Source: Diplonema japonicum
Lineage: Eukaryota; Protista; Euglenozoa: Diplonemea
DNA: 64,000 bases
Assembly: GCA_964019335.1 (NCBI GenBank)
Contig: OZ025649.1
Coordinates: 868,001-932,000, forward strand
Direction of reading: 5' to 3'
Below the pieces are notes generated by a model that was not told the DNA's origin, did no database searches, and saw nothing but the letters and a program-made list of their open reading frames with translations. Positions 11,155-22,977 of this stretch are shown piece by piece. Each line of letters begins with the position of its first letter. Positions within the stretch are counted from its first letter, which is position 1. The translations under genes and the position numbers were made by a program.

Positions 11155-12384
11155 GAGAAGGTAGGAGAAGGAAAGAAGACAGGAATGGATGAGAAAGATT
11201 GCTATATATTTTGGTACTATGAACAGAGAAGAGAGAGACACAGAGAGTGTTTTGCTGGTATAAATGAACTTCGCATTTTTTTTCCCCTTCATTTTTTTTT
11301 CTATTTTGGCATCTGTTCCCCCACCACATGTGTTGTTTCATAGTACGTTGATAAGCAGGTGCTTCAGGTTTTTCTTCTCTCTTTATTTCTTCCTTGGTCA
11401 GATCGCTGGATTTCGTTTGTTTTCAGGTTTTTGAAGATGAATAAGTCTAGCCATGCTTCAAGTGAGGAATGTTGCTTTTTTTTTTTTGAGAAGAGAGGAT
11501 ACGGCAGGTGGGGCCAGGTGGTTTTGCGTGTATTTTTATTTTTATTTTCTACCTTTTTCTGGCGACATTTTATCGCTCACCTCTCTCTCTTTCTCTCGCT
11601 CTCCTCATCCCCTCTTCGGTACGTGATGGCAGTGCTTCTCCCCCTCCCCCGCCATGTATCGGACACAGGGCCTTTCTTGGTCTCTGGTGCTTGCATCCCT
11701 GTGATAGTTAATGATTTGACAGCAAGGAAAAAAGAAACAATAAGGAGGAGGGAATGTCGAAGGGAAACGAAATAGAACGGTGAGAATGAAGTCCCCTCCG
11801 CCTGTGAAAATGAAAGAATAAAAAACTGCTATATTTTCTTTTTTTGTTCTTTTTTTCTTCTTAATCGATTGCGCGTTCGTATCTCTAAGGGCCCATTAGC
11901 CTGACCTGTTCAGAATCGGCAGTCATTTCCAATTAAGATCCATTATAGAAAGAAGGAAAACAAAAGAAGGGGGGAGGGGAGGGGGAGGGGTGACGACGTG
12001 TTTCGGATAGCTTCTCCAGGTTTCTACCCGGCACGGCCGTAGCTTTCCAAAGGCTCGTACACTAACAGGAGGCAGTTTTTTGAGAGGTCTTTTGTTCCGA
12101 CCCCAGATTGCCCCAGATGGTTAGGTGCTGCAATTTTCTTTTTTTGTTGAAGAGGATAACTTTGACGAAATAATATATATAGTGCACTGCGGTACGACTT
12201 TTGCGAAATCTACGGCCCCATATCTCATTCCCCACTTTTCCCCCTTCCTTCTCTGTTGTCGTTTTTTTTTTTTTTTTTTTTTTTCCTTCTTCTTTTTTCT
12301 ACTATTCTTCCCTCCTCTTCCGCAAAAGGACAGCTTTTTTTTTTATTCACCCTGCTTTTTATTCTATTTTCCATAGTGCACAGT

Positions 12385-13092
12385 ATGCCCATTCACATCG
12401 TTGTGGTAGCTGCGGTTCTATCGCGATGTGCAGTAGACTATTCTAACCAGACTATCTGTGGTGGCAGGGGAGAGTGTTATCACGAGAGGGGGCCAGGTAT
12501 GCATTGGCTGGAGGCGGCACAGTGTGAGTGCGCTGAGGGGTATTGCAAGGGTGTGGCTAAGGTGGTGGAAGGGATGGACGTATGGAGTTGTTACAAGTGT
12601 GGTGTGCGTGACCTTTCCTTCAAGGGTGTGGCAGGGATTGGTGGGAACTTCACAGGCAGCGGGTGGCGGCCCTGCACGCATCTAGGTGACATCGATGCCA
12701 TTGAGCCAGCAGACCCCCAGCACACAAGCACTGCTTGGGTGTCACCTCCCTTCATCATCGGCCCCGACACTTCCATCACAGGTACGTTTAACGGTGGCAA
12801 CGCCGACGGCCACTCACATGGGGTGGCAGGCACCACCCATGCTGCTTTGCCCTACCCCTCCCCCTCAGGTTTCCAAGGCATCGCCCTTGCTGTTGACAGC
12901 CACTACATCCTCCCCATCAAGGCAGGTGGCCACCTTACTCCCGCAGGGCACACTCTCGTCATCGCCCCTTCGCAGCTTGCCCCTTATGCAGGCAAGACAG
13001 CCATGCTCCATATCATCCACACCTACTACAGCGCAGCTGACCCTTTCTCATGGATGTGCGTGCGGTTCGTTGCAGTCTGGGACGCCATTTAA
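12385..13092 (+). CDS. Secreted protein with an EGF-like module and a beta-sandwich (CBM38-like) module
   Basis: Signal peptide MPIHIVVVAAVL after CACAG. CGGRGEC...CECAEGYC is EGF-like. VSPPFII...FNGG...YAGKTAMLHII...SW resembles modules appended to bacterial GH32 enzymes (from memory). Confidence 0.55.
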   Translation: MPIHIVVVAAVLSRCAVDYSNQTICGGRGECYHERGPGMHWLEAAQCECAEGYCKGVAKVVEGMDVWSCYKCGVRDLSFKGVAGIGGNFTGSGWRPCTHLGDIDAIEPADPQHTSTAWVSPPFIIGPDTSITGTFNGGNADGHSHGVAGTTHAALPYPSPSGFQGIALAVDSHYILPIKAGGHLTPAGHTLVIAPSQLAPYAGKTAMLHIIHTYYSAADPFSWMCVRFVAVWDAI

Positions 13093-13180
13093 CCTTTTTG
13101 CTATTTACATGGCTTTTTTTTCTTCTTTTTTTCTTCACTAGCGTCTTTACCTTTACGTTATGCATACTGCAGGCGGCCAG

Positions 13181-14706
13181 ATGTCGTTTCAATATGAGTT
13201 CGATGAGAGCGACCTTCGTGTCGTCTTCCTGACTGCCGCCTACCACATACCCGACGGCGTCACGATGACTATCATGCGCATAGCTGCGTACCTGAAGGAG
13301 CGCGGTGCCAAGACGATGGTCATCACTGCCGACCCGCAGGTGGCGGATCCCGTGTTCCCCTCGGAGGAGAACATCCAAATGGTGCCGAGCCGTGTGTTGC
13401 CCTTTGACCAGTCCTTCAAGTACTGCATGGGGACCTGCTTGTCGGAAGAGGCGAAGGCCGCCATGCTGGAATTCAAGCCGACAATCATACACTTCACTGT
13501 CCCGGACATCGTAGGCAGAGAGGGCTTCAAGTGGGCAGAACAGCAGGGCATCCCTGCCCTTGCCACATGGCACTCCAACTACGCCGACTACCTCTGCTAC
13601 TACAACCGCGACTGGTTCAAGCCTGTCCTCGAGGCTTACCTCAGGTCCTTCTTCAAGCAGGTGATCACCTACGTCCCCACTCCCTACATTAAGAAGAAGC
13701 TCTCTGACTCGGGCTTCAACAGCTCGCAACTCTCAATCTGGGGACGGGGGGTCGACAGGAATCTATTCAACCCCGGCAAGCGGAGCAGACGCCTTCACGA
13801 AAAGCTGAACATTAGCCCGAGCGAGGTGCTGGTGCTGTGGGCAGGGCGCACCGTGTACGAGAAGCGACCTGACATATATGGCAGGGTGCTTGGGAGGTTG
13901 AAAGCGGAGGGCTGGCCTGTGCGGGGCATCATCGCAGGAGGAGTGGGCCCTGGTGTGAAGTTTATGCAGGGTGACCACATGGACCACCTGGGATGGCTTC
14001 AAGGCGAGGACCTAGCAGAGGCATATGCCAGCTGCGATGTCCTGCTGTTCCCTTCGGCGGTGGAGACATTTGGGAATGTGACGCTCGAGGCGATGGCAAG
14101 CGGGGTTCCTGGTGTGGTGGAGGCAGGGTGCTCGGGTCACTTGATCGATCACGGGGTGACGGGTTACGTGTGTACGGATGGGGACGAGACGGAGTTCTAT
14201 GAGGCGACGAAAATGCTTGTGCAGAATGAGCGGCTGAGGAAGGAGATGGCACTGGCAGCGCGTGACTCAAGCGAGGCGTGGGGGATGGAGATAGTGATGC
14301 GGAAGATGGCGAACAACTACAGAGAGGTGGCCAAGCTGCACGCGGAGGGCAAAACGCCTAAGGCAGCATCCACTGTCTGGGTGTGGTCGAAGGTTGCCAA
14401 CACGGCAATAAGTGTCATGGAGTTCGCTGAGTGGCTCACACGAGCGGTGCCTCTGGTGTCGGCCTTTACTTCTCTTGTGGCTGCCGTCGCCGCTTATGTA
14501 TTTGCAGCAACTCTTCATAGAACGGTATGGACAGGGGAGAGAGGAAGAAGGAGAAAAATAAACTTTCACAGGCACGAACTTCAAACAACACCAAGCAAGA
14601 CGACGATGCAGGCACAGAGGGGATCAGCTCCGAGGCGTCGTCCATGCCAACAACCCCTACGACAGCACCCCCTGCACCCTGCCAGCAGAGCAGAAGGGAG
14701 AAGTAG
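13181..14706 (+). CDS. GT4 glycosyltransferase (MgtA/SQD2-like) with a C-terminal TM helix; intron 14525..14571
   Basis: WGRGVD and YASCDVLLFPSAVETFGNVTLEAMASG (EX7E). A 47-nt GTATGG...CACAG intron, phase 0, gives the last exon ARTSNN...SRREK*. Confidence 0.88.
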
Positions 14707-16242
14707 GCTTCCCAGCTCTTGTTCTTGGATGTAAGTAAGTTATAACTTTCTTTCCCCCCGCCCTGTCTGTCCGTTTTTTTTCTCCTCGGTGATCACCCCC
14801 CACCCCGTACACCGGAGTTTTAAATCGAATCTCTTTTTGTTACTCGTGTGTCGTGTTGCGTCGTGCCACAGCAGGTGGTGGGCTGAGGCACTTAAATCAG
14901 AAAGAACAGAATCAGTATAAGTAGAGAGGTTATCAGATGCAGACGAGGAAGAGATGTCAGTTTCAATGACTCTCTTTTCTCGCTCCTTTAACAGTTGGTG
15001 CCCTTCCCCTTCTCTTCCCCTTTGCTCCTAGGACTGACTTATGCTTCCTCTTCCAAATCCGTGTACTTTTCTTTTACGAGTAGAGAGCACTTGTTCCTAT
15101 TGTGATTATCAGGAAGGAGTTTCACCATCGTTAGGATCGCTTTAGAAGGAGGCTGGCCGTCACACGCAGCAGGGGGTGACATACCTCTTCTTCCTTTTGT
15201 TTTCCTTTTATTGTTTTAGTGGGTCATTCGTACTTCTGTAATTCGTTTTTTTTTCCTTTTTTCCCCTTCCAGTTTAGTTACTCCTTGAAAAGGAAGAAGA
15301 AAAAGCAGGAGGGAAGTGAATAAGAGAGAGGAGGAGAGAAAGGGAGGTGGTGGGTAGATATAGAATGGTGGTCAGTCTATATAAGGGAGAAGATGGGAAA
15401 GGGAATTATAATATAAATATAGCAGGACGGCTGTCAGCCACAACACAAGTAAGCAGTAGGTGGTCTTTTGAGGCAAAAAGCCTCAGGCCACCAGGGAATG
15501 GGAAGGTGGGGACTAGTATCTCCCTTTCCTTTTTTTTCCCTCCTTCTTTTTTCTTTTTCTTTTATAACTCGAGCCGGGTTTCCGTGTGTGTGAGAGTAAG
15601 TACGATTTACGTTTTTTTGTCACTTTTGGCTTTTACACCTGAGCTTTTAGCGCCCTACTGATGAGATCTATTGCCAGCAAGGGCCAGCCTACGTCAGCAT
15701 GGCCTCACCCAACGTACTCGGATTTGGCTGCCGTTAGGTAGCTAAACAATGTATTTATGAATATAATGATTTTAGATCTTCGGTTGTAGGTTCATAAAAT
15801 CTTATCTTTACTAGATATACTGTATTCAGAGAAGGGGGAGGTCCCGGGGGTGCAACGACATCCTTTTCGGTCCGATAGCTGCTACTGCATACGCACAGAT
15901 CCGCATTCGGGTGATGTAGGGTCTGGGTGCACGGCCAATCCTGAGGCTATGTACGTGCATGAAACGCTGCTTCCGGTTCCCTGCCGATGACCGGTGAACG
16001 GCGTGGGCCACATGTGACGAACGGGATGTCTAGGTGATGGTAGGGCATGTCCTCATGGAGAGAGCGGTTTGTTGGAGAGAAAAGCCGCGCGCCTGCGTAC
16101 ACCAGCGATGCATGGCTACGACAGGGACCCTTGTTCTCGTCACCCTAACAGCTCCTTATTGGAGAGGCTGCGGCCGGTGACAGGCACGTGTAGGATCCCC
16201 AGTCCACGGTGGACACCAGCGGCAGCGCACCAAGGATAGACC

Positions 16243-16286
<44 letters not shown>

Positions 16287-17388
16287 ATTATGCCTTTGTT
16301 TCTTTCTTATTCGTAGGGCATTTTTATGGCCTGATTATTTAGAGTGACCCTTGGGGCCATCTTCTTCTTACCTCTTTTTTTTTATACTCTCTCCTTACTG
16401 TGCTTTCACAGAGGTTTTATTTTATAGGACTGCAGGCTTTTGACGAAATTCGTTCGGGACTCGCCACACGTCCTCTTTTTCTTCTTCTTCTTCTTTTTCA
16501 TCTTTAGGAGTTTTTAGAAAGGATGAACGTCATAACTTTTTGACCGCCGAGATTACCTTATTCCATGCGGTGGAGGCAGGACTAGACACTAGGGAGCAGG
16601 CAGGTTGCCTCGGGGATCCACCGCCCCTTTCCTTCCCCCCTTTTTTTTTTACATTATTTCTGGCTTACTTGGCTTGTGCAAAGAGCAGTAAGACTTTTTT
16701 TCCCTCCCCCCCCCTGTTTTTCTTTCTTTCCAGTAGGGTCATGTCGGGAGGCACAAGGTGCCCTGAAACGTTCTTTTTTGGCGTCCTGCCACATACCGCA
16801 GGTACCCTTAAATGTCTCTTTTTTTTTTTTTTTTTTTTTCTTTCTTTTAAGAGAGCAGCGGGCACAGCACATTTGGAACCAGGTTTCTTTCAGTATAGCT
16901 CTAGCCAGTGGATTTGAGATACAAAATCTTTTTTTTTCACTCCTTACTTATTCTCACATTCGGGTTTCTGTTTAGGATGAGGTGCAGCGGGCGAGTCACA
17001 GCTAGATCCCGTTAGGGGCGTTGGGACGCACTGTTCAGCAGCATCAAGGCATGACACAGGGACTGGCACAGGCGGGACATTGGTGCGCAGGAGTGTTGGC
17101 AATGAGGCTAGGAGTGGTATTTACTCCCGCACCGTTCTCGGTGGTTAAGCTGATTGGTTTCCCGAGGCCACACGCACTAGGCGCTTGGATTAAGCGCAAT
17201 AGCCGGAAGAGGGATTTATTGTTTTGCTGTGTTCGTTTGGGTTCTTTCTTTTTCTTTTTTTTACTCCCCCTTTTTTTTCTTTTTGTTCTTTCCCCTTCTA
17301 TAATCCCCCCCCTTGGTTATTTATGTCTATAGTGACATTATTTTATGCTTTTGTATTCACCCTCACACCCACCACAGGGAGGGTTGGC

Positions 17389-19706
17389 ATGGAGGGCCCT
17401 CTGCTCATAGACGATGACTTCTGGTTGGTGGCACCGGGAGGCAACCTGGGGAGAAGGGGCAAGAGGGCGTCTAATGGCGGTAGGGACTCACTGGGGGGTG
17501 ACCCGCTTCCGCTTCCGCCACCGAGACCAGTCCCGCAGACGGTGACAAAGGCGGCTGTGCGGACCCAGCCCAGGGAAGTCTTTAGGAAGGTGAAAGAGGC
17601 AAGAGCACAGACCCTCCAGTATGGAAGTTCCAGATACCCCGGCATACGCCTCATCACAGAGGATACCAGTGTCCACCTGCCTCAGGTCCTTGGTACTCAG
17701 GATGAGCACTTTCTTTGTGTTCCCGAGCCCACTCTGAATGATGTGGTCTGCGAGGAGGATGAGGAGGAAGAAGAGGCAGAGGTAGAGGAAGAACACGTAG
17801 AAGAGCTTCTAGTGAGCAGGGTGCCTACCTCCGTCTCGAAGGTAAAGAGGCGCATCACGAGGAAGGAGGTTACGCGACAGTCCAGCCCTCCCAGCACTCA
17901 CGCTCCTCCCGTGTCGCCCCCTAAGAAGCTTACAAGGCATATCCCTACAACCCGTGAGTCTAAGGATCCCACCGCCTCTACTTATGTCCCTAAGATGTTC
18001 ACGAACAAGGAGTTCCATTCTCTCCCTGCACCGCAGTCTCCCGTCCCTGCCCCCCTCGAACCACCGTTGCCCTCTCCTAGGCAGTCGGCAGACCCTGCGC
18101 CCTCCCCTGCCCCTGCCCCCACACCCGTAAAGCCCACTATGCAGTTTAGATCGAAGATATTCGAGCACTCCACCTTTTCCCTCACTTGGGACGACCTCAG
18201 GCCCAGAGGCGACGGCAGTGACAGTGAAACAGATACTTTGGCTAGCAACGCTCTGGACAGCGACACCGATGGTGATGGTGACCTGTCGGTGTCACCGAAG
18301 AACGTGTCGGACAGCGACGTGTCGTCGGTGCCGCCACAGCCGCAGGCGCCCCCTGTTCCATATGTCCCTAAGCTCTTCAACCCTGTGAAGCGGGCTGTGT
18401 TCAGCACGCCTATCCCCCAAGAGCTCAAGAAGAAGGAGTCACTACGTGAGCGCCCAGTGCAGACGCCTTCGAAGTCACCACCGTCGTCACCACAAAACTT
18501 CGAGAAGAAGCGCTACACACCTAAGAAGCGACACAAGGCGCTGGTCAGGGAGTCTCCTGCCGAAAGGAAAGAGAGGCGTGGTTCCCTGCCTTCTGTGAAG
18601 GAAGCAAGGTCCAGGCGCGACAATCCCACACCCCCACCGACCCTCCCTTTCAGGGAGAAGGACACCGAGCGTCGGCAGTCAACTATAACAGAGAGTTCTA
18701 CTGAGGGCTCCCCCACATTTGGCACGAATCTCACAGCGAAGCAGAAGGAGGAGAAGCTCAGAGCCACTAGAGGTCTTGCGGATGCTGAACTTGAGGGGCG
18801 CCAGCAGCAGGACGCCAAGGAGCAGACAGAGCGGATGGATCTGCGCCTCAGGGAGCGGAGGAACGTGTGCAGGATTGCAAAGAGAGCCGTGGAGAAGGAG
18901 GAGGCAAAGTTCCGAGTGGTGATTGCTGAGATAGAGTCTAAGAGCCTGAAGGAGCTTCATGCAAACATCAGAAGGGAGCACGTGCTTGCCCATACTGCGC
19001 GGCGAAAGGCCGTTGAGACGGGGGAGGTAGCAGCGAGGCAAGAGGTGTGTGTGATCGAGGTGAGGAACAGGGACGATCTCAGCAGCAAGCTTCAAGAGGA
19101 GGGTGAGGAGCTTAGAGCGACACCAGTGAAGCATGTGACGATTGCCGAGTACAATTCAAGCCCCGAGGAGACCGGCATACCCCTTGCTGAACCGCCGTCG
19201 ATCCTGCTGTTGGAGGAGAACACACCGGTGCATAACATGGAGAGGCCAGATGCGGATCTCAGCTCCATTGCAACACCGCTGCCTGAAGTACGTGACGAAG
19301 ATGATGAAGACGAGGACCCCACCATCAAGGACGTGGAGGCAGAGGGCACGACGGCTGAAGAAGCGGAAGAGTTGGAGGAGACCGAGAAGGCTGAAAGCGA
19401 GCACGTCACGCCACCGCAGCTGCCGCCACTACAGGATGAGAGCGAGGAGGACCCTTTTGTTCCCGAGCAGCCGAAGGCCCGCATCGACCTTGCACCCCTG
19501 CAGTTGGAGAAGGTTCCACCCAAGCAGCCAAGGACCACACCCCGTGCCATGTCTTACAGCAGCATGCCGACGGAGGCAACCGGCTCTGCAAGAACTATAC
19601 CTTCGGTATGCATTGGTTTTTACTCACTACATTGCAGGCGAGACAGCAGCCGGGAAGCAAGCCAGGGTGTGGCGGTGGTTGTGGCACAAGCTGCAGCATC
19701 ATGTAG
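17389..19706 (+). CDS. Low-complexity Pro/Glu-rich coiled-coil protein ending in a CaaX box; intron 19606..19637
   Basis: ATG after CCACAG. Removing the 32-nt GTATGC...TGCAG intron gives ARQQPGSKPGCGGGCGTSCSIM*. Confidence 0.8.
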
Positions 19707-20837
19707 CTACCGAGGGCTATTGTGTTATTTATTCCTTTTACATTGTATCCTTTTTGTTTTTAGCGGACTACAGACTTTCATAGATCCTATTTGTCCAAAT
19801 GAGTATATCTGAAGCCAGGGCAACCGCAGAATGAGGCCACTTGCGTCAGGTGTGGCTCGCCACGTGGCAGGCGGCGGTTTCTAGGCCCCTTGGACAGGTG
19901 TTATTAGGCTCAAAATTGTTAATTCCCCAGGCACTCGTCCCCCCTTTCCCTTTTTTATTTTTTTTATTATACTGTTTACTTTTCTCTTTTGCCTTCGGCA
20001 GCCTCTGTATGCGTATGCAGTACTTCGAGTTCCCCACCCCCCATTTTTTTCGTAGTATTCTTTTTTTCTTCTCTTTTAGAAGACCTGCGAACACGACAGC
20101 AGTCCTTAGGTCCTTTCTGAGCATGAGGCTATTTGTAGTTTCCTTTTGGCCCCGTGCATCGACTTGAGGTGGTTGGAGATATTTCGGCCGAGGGTTTCTC
20201 GAAGGGTTTAGAAGAAAGGTGCTTACTCCGTGACCATAGAGAGAAAGGGCAGGATCTAGCAGGGTCTTCTTGTCGCTGTTTGCACTCTTTTTTATTCTTT
20301 TTCTTTTTTTCTGATTGGGTTTCCCATCAGCATCCAGGGGGTGACTTGTACTACATTTTTTCTTCCGGTTTTGGAGAGCACTTAGGACTGACAGACGAAA
20401 GAGAAAGAAGACCGAAAGGAAAAGATGAGGTGAGAGGAGGGAACAAGAGGACGCCACAGTAGAAGCCGGCCCTGTAGTTTTTCTTCCTTTCTTTCTTTTT
20501 CTTTACGATTAGAAAGGAGATGAATATTCTTGCAGCGCCGAAAGGGCAGGGAGGGTTCTTCAGGAAGTGATGAGTTCTTTTATTCTCTTCCCCTCCGCTT
20601 TGTTCTACAAGTCCACCAATTTTTTTTGTCCTACAGCTTGGCTTCTTAAACACATAACCCTCCTCCTTTTTACTCTTCCCCTTACCCCCTCCCTTCCCAT
20701 GTTTATGTCATCCCCATACGTATCCTTTATTTGTTAATCTTGTCACGTATTCTTGTTTTTTTTTTCTTCTTATTTTTTTCCCCCCTTTGCATTTGTTTTT
20801 ATTTATTAATTTCTTTCGCTTTAGGAGCATTTTTCAT

Positions 20838-21493
20838 ATGTCTGCCGATGACATCAAAGAGATTGACGGTCTGCTTGCTGCTGTGAAGAGCAGTAGGGTG
20901 AGGCGTGTGTTGGAGGCCGAGAAGCAGTGCATCGAAGAGGAGCTGGAAGCAGTTAGGAAAAGAGAGGAGAGGGAGAGGGCACGGGCTGCCGCAGAGGCGT
21001 CTGCCCCGAAGAAGGCAGTGAAGATGGTTTCTACCTATTCATGGGAACAAAAGCCGGGCTTCCTCAAGATCCGAGCTTCCGATCAAGGATGGGGCCCTCT
21101 TCAGGAAGGGTGCCAGACGCTCGTGGGCAACGATGATAACTTGGAGATTGATTTCGCTTCAGAGAAGGGCGTCCTGAAGTTGAAGATTGAGCATCTGGAG
21201 AAGCCGATCAACCACGGCAAGGTGACGTGCAGGTTCAAGAAGGACTACGTGCTCATCACCGTCCCGAAGCAGACAGAGGGCACCTGGGTCAACCTGAAGG
21301 AGAGTGACATCGGCAGAGGAGGCAAAAAGGTATGTCACCACTTCGACCAGCCACACAACTACAGGACGCGGACCCCAGCAATGCCCTGATGGACATGATG
21401 AAGAACATGTACAACGACGGCAACGACGAGATGAAGCGTACCATCGGCAAGGCGATGGCGGAGTCCGCAGCGAAGGGCGGCATGGGCCCGTAG
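20838..21493 (+). CDS. CACYBP: Calcyclin-binding protein / SIP; intron 21330..21364
   Basis: N-terminal helical hairpin and CS domain (TYSWEQ). After the 35-nt intron comes the SGS motif DPSNALMDMMKNMYNDGNDEMKRTIGKA. Confidence 0.92.
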
Positions 21494-21686
21494 GCGTCTT
21501 GCAGGTTTTATCCATGTGCAAGAGGGCGCAGGTCCTTGCTGATTTGTTTCCATCGATTTTAAGGATTTTCTTTTTTGTTTTACGGGCGCTTCCTTCTAGG
21601 TTTGAAATCTGGTTTCTTATTTAGCTTCTTATCTTTCTATTATTCTCGATTAGGCATTCGTACTGCTTCACGTCCTCCCAGGTCGG

Positions 21687-22970
21687 ATGAAGGGTGTCAG
21701 GCCTAGGTATTTGAGCCTCGGCGATGGCTGCTATGCCGAGGTTGGTAAGGTAGACCTTCCTGAAGAAATGGAAGTAGTTCTCGGGGAGGAAAGGAGCCTC
21801 AGCGGGTGGTCGGTGGCACATGCGTATGCAGGGTTCCAGTTTGGTCAGTTTGTCCCGTCGCTAGGGGACGGGAGGTCCTGCTCGTTGTACGACATCGAAG
21901 TCGACGGGACGCTGTATGAGGTAGGTCTGAAGGGCAGCGGGAGAACACCCTTTTCGAGGTCTTTTGACGGGAGAATGGTGATGAAGAGTGCTGTGAGGGA
22001 GTACGTGGCATCTAAGGTTGTCAGAGCACTAGGGGGGTGCAGCAGCGACACGCTATGTGTTTGGAAGTCAAAGGACAAGGTGTTCCGTGATGGCGAGGGG
22101 TTCATACCTTGCTACGTTCTCATGAGGGCAGCGCCTACGTTCTTGAGATGCGGCACTCTGGAGTACCATGTCTATCACGGTCGCGGGGACGTGGCGATGA
22201 GGATTGTTGAGTGGCACGCAGCTCAGTACCCCCTGAAGCATGACTATCACCAGGAGCTCCTCCCCAACTGGCTGTCCCACACGGCCGTCAAGCTTGGAAG
22301 GATGGTCGCGTGGTGGATGGCCTATGGGGTGTACCACGGGGCGCTGAACAGTGACAACATCTCCTTAGACGGTGTGATGATCGACCACCAAACATGTGTT
22401 TTCATGGACACCCTGGACAATACCTTCTGTCCAAGCTCTGTCGATGAACAACAGATGTACACCTTCGGGAGGCAGCCAGATGTTGTTCACGGTACGCTCG
22501 TGCGTCTTGCTAAGCTGCTTGGCCTGCCTGAGAACTCTGTGGGCCACTATTGGCACTCTTACCACTACGCGCTGAGCAGGTTCACCTTACGGCGTCTAGG
22601 CCTGCGCTGGAGGCTCCCACACATTACTAGTGAGGTCCCGCAGCACGTCACCGACATCGTTCATGACTTCAGACAGATCCTGCAGGATACGAAGGCACCC
22701 TGGTGGCTCACCCACCACAGGGTACTTACAGGTGAATTACCGAACGGTCCAGAATGGAGGGGGTGGTCTCGCAGATTCTCGTTGCTCAGGAGGGAGCTGC
22801 CTTCGTACGATAGGCTTTTTCCTGTGAGACCACCTGACTTCTCACAGTGCTTTCAGATGGCGGAGACAAGTGACTGGCAGGCAATCGAGGATACTCTCCG
22901 TCGGTACAGCGATACAGCTCGCTATTTTCTTTTATTCTATCATGCTATCTTTTCAAATCAACACAGGTAA
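21687..22970 (+). CDS. SELO: SelO/YdiU-family protein adenylyltransferase (possible terminal intron 22904..22966)
   Basis: YAGFQFG...LGDGR, GLKGSGRTPFSR.FDGR, VREY, HGALNSDN, MID. No C-terminal Cys/Sec motif. Confidence 0.88.
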   Translation: MKGVRPRYLSLGDGCYAEVGKVDLPEEMEVVLGEERSLSGWSVAHAYAGFQFGQFVPSLGDGRSCSLYDIEVDGTLYEVGLKGSGRTPFSRSFDGRMVMKSAVREYVASKVVRALGGCSSDTLCVWKSKDKVFRDGEGFIPCYVLMRAAPTFLRCGTLEYHVYHGRGDVAMRIVEWHAAQYPLKHDYHQELLPNWLSHTAVKLGRMVAWWMAYGVYHGALNSDNISLDGVMIDHQTCVFMDTLDNTFCPSSVDEQQMYTFGRQPDVVHGTLVRLAKLLGLPENSVGHYWHSYHYALSRFTLRRLGLRWRLPHITSEVPQHVTDIVHDFRQILQDTKAPWWLTHHRVLTGELPNGPEWRGWSRRFSLLRRELPSYDRLFPVRPPDFSQCFQMAETSDWQAIEDTLRRYSDTARYFLLFYHAIFSNQHR

Positions 22971-22977
22971 AGCCAAA

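Noticed and set aside
15655-15750. CTGATGAG as a hammerhead ribozyme core or snoRNA C box
   Set aside because: No stem II closed by GAAA, and no CTGA D box within snoRNA distance.
16977-17215. 7SL/SRP RNA identity for the GC-rich island
   Set aside because: No recognisable SRP54-binding helix 8 motif. Kept only as an unnamed structured candidate.
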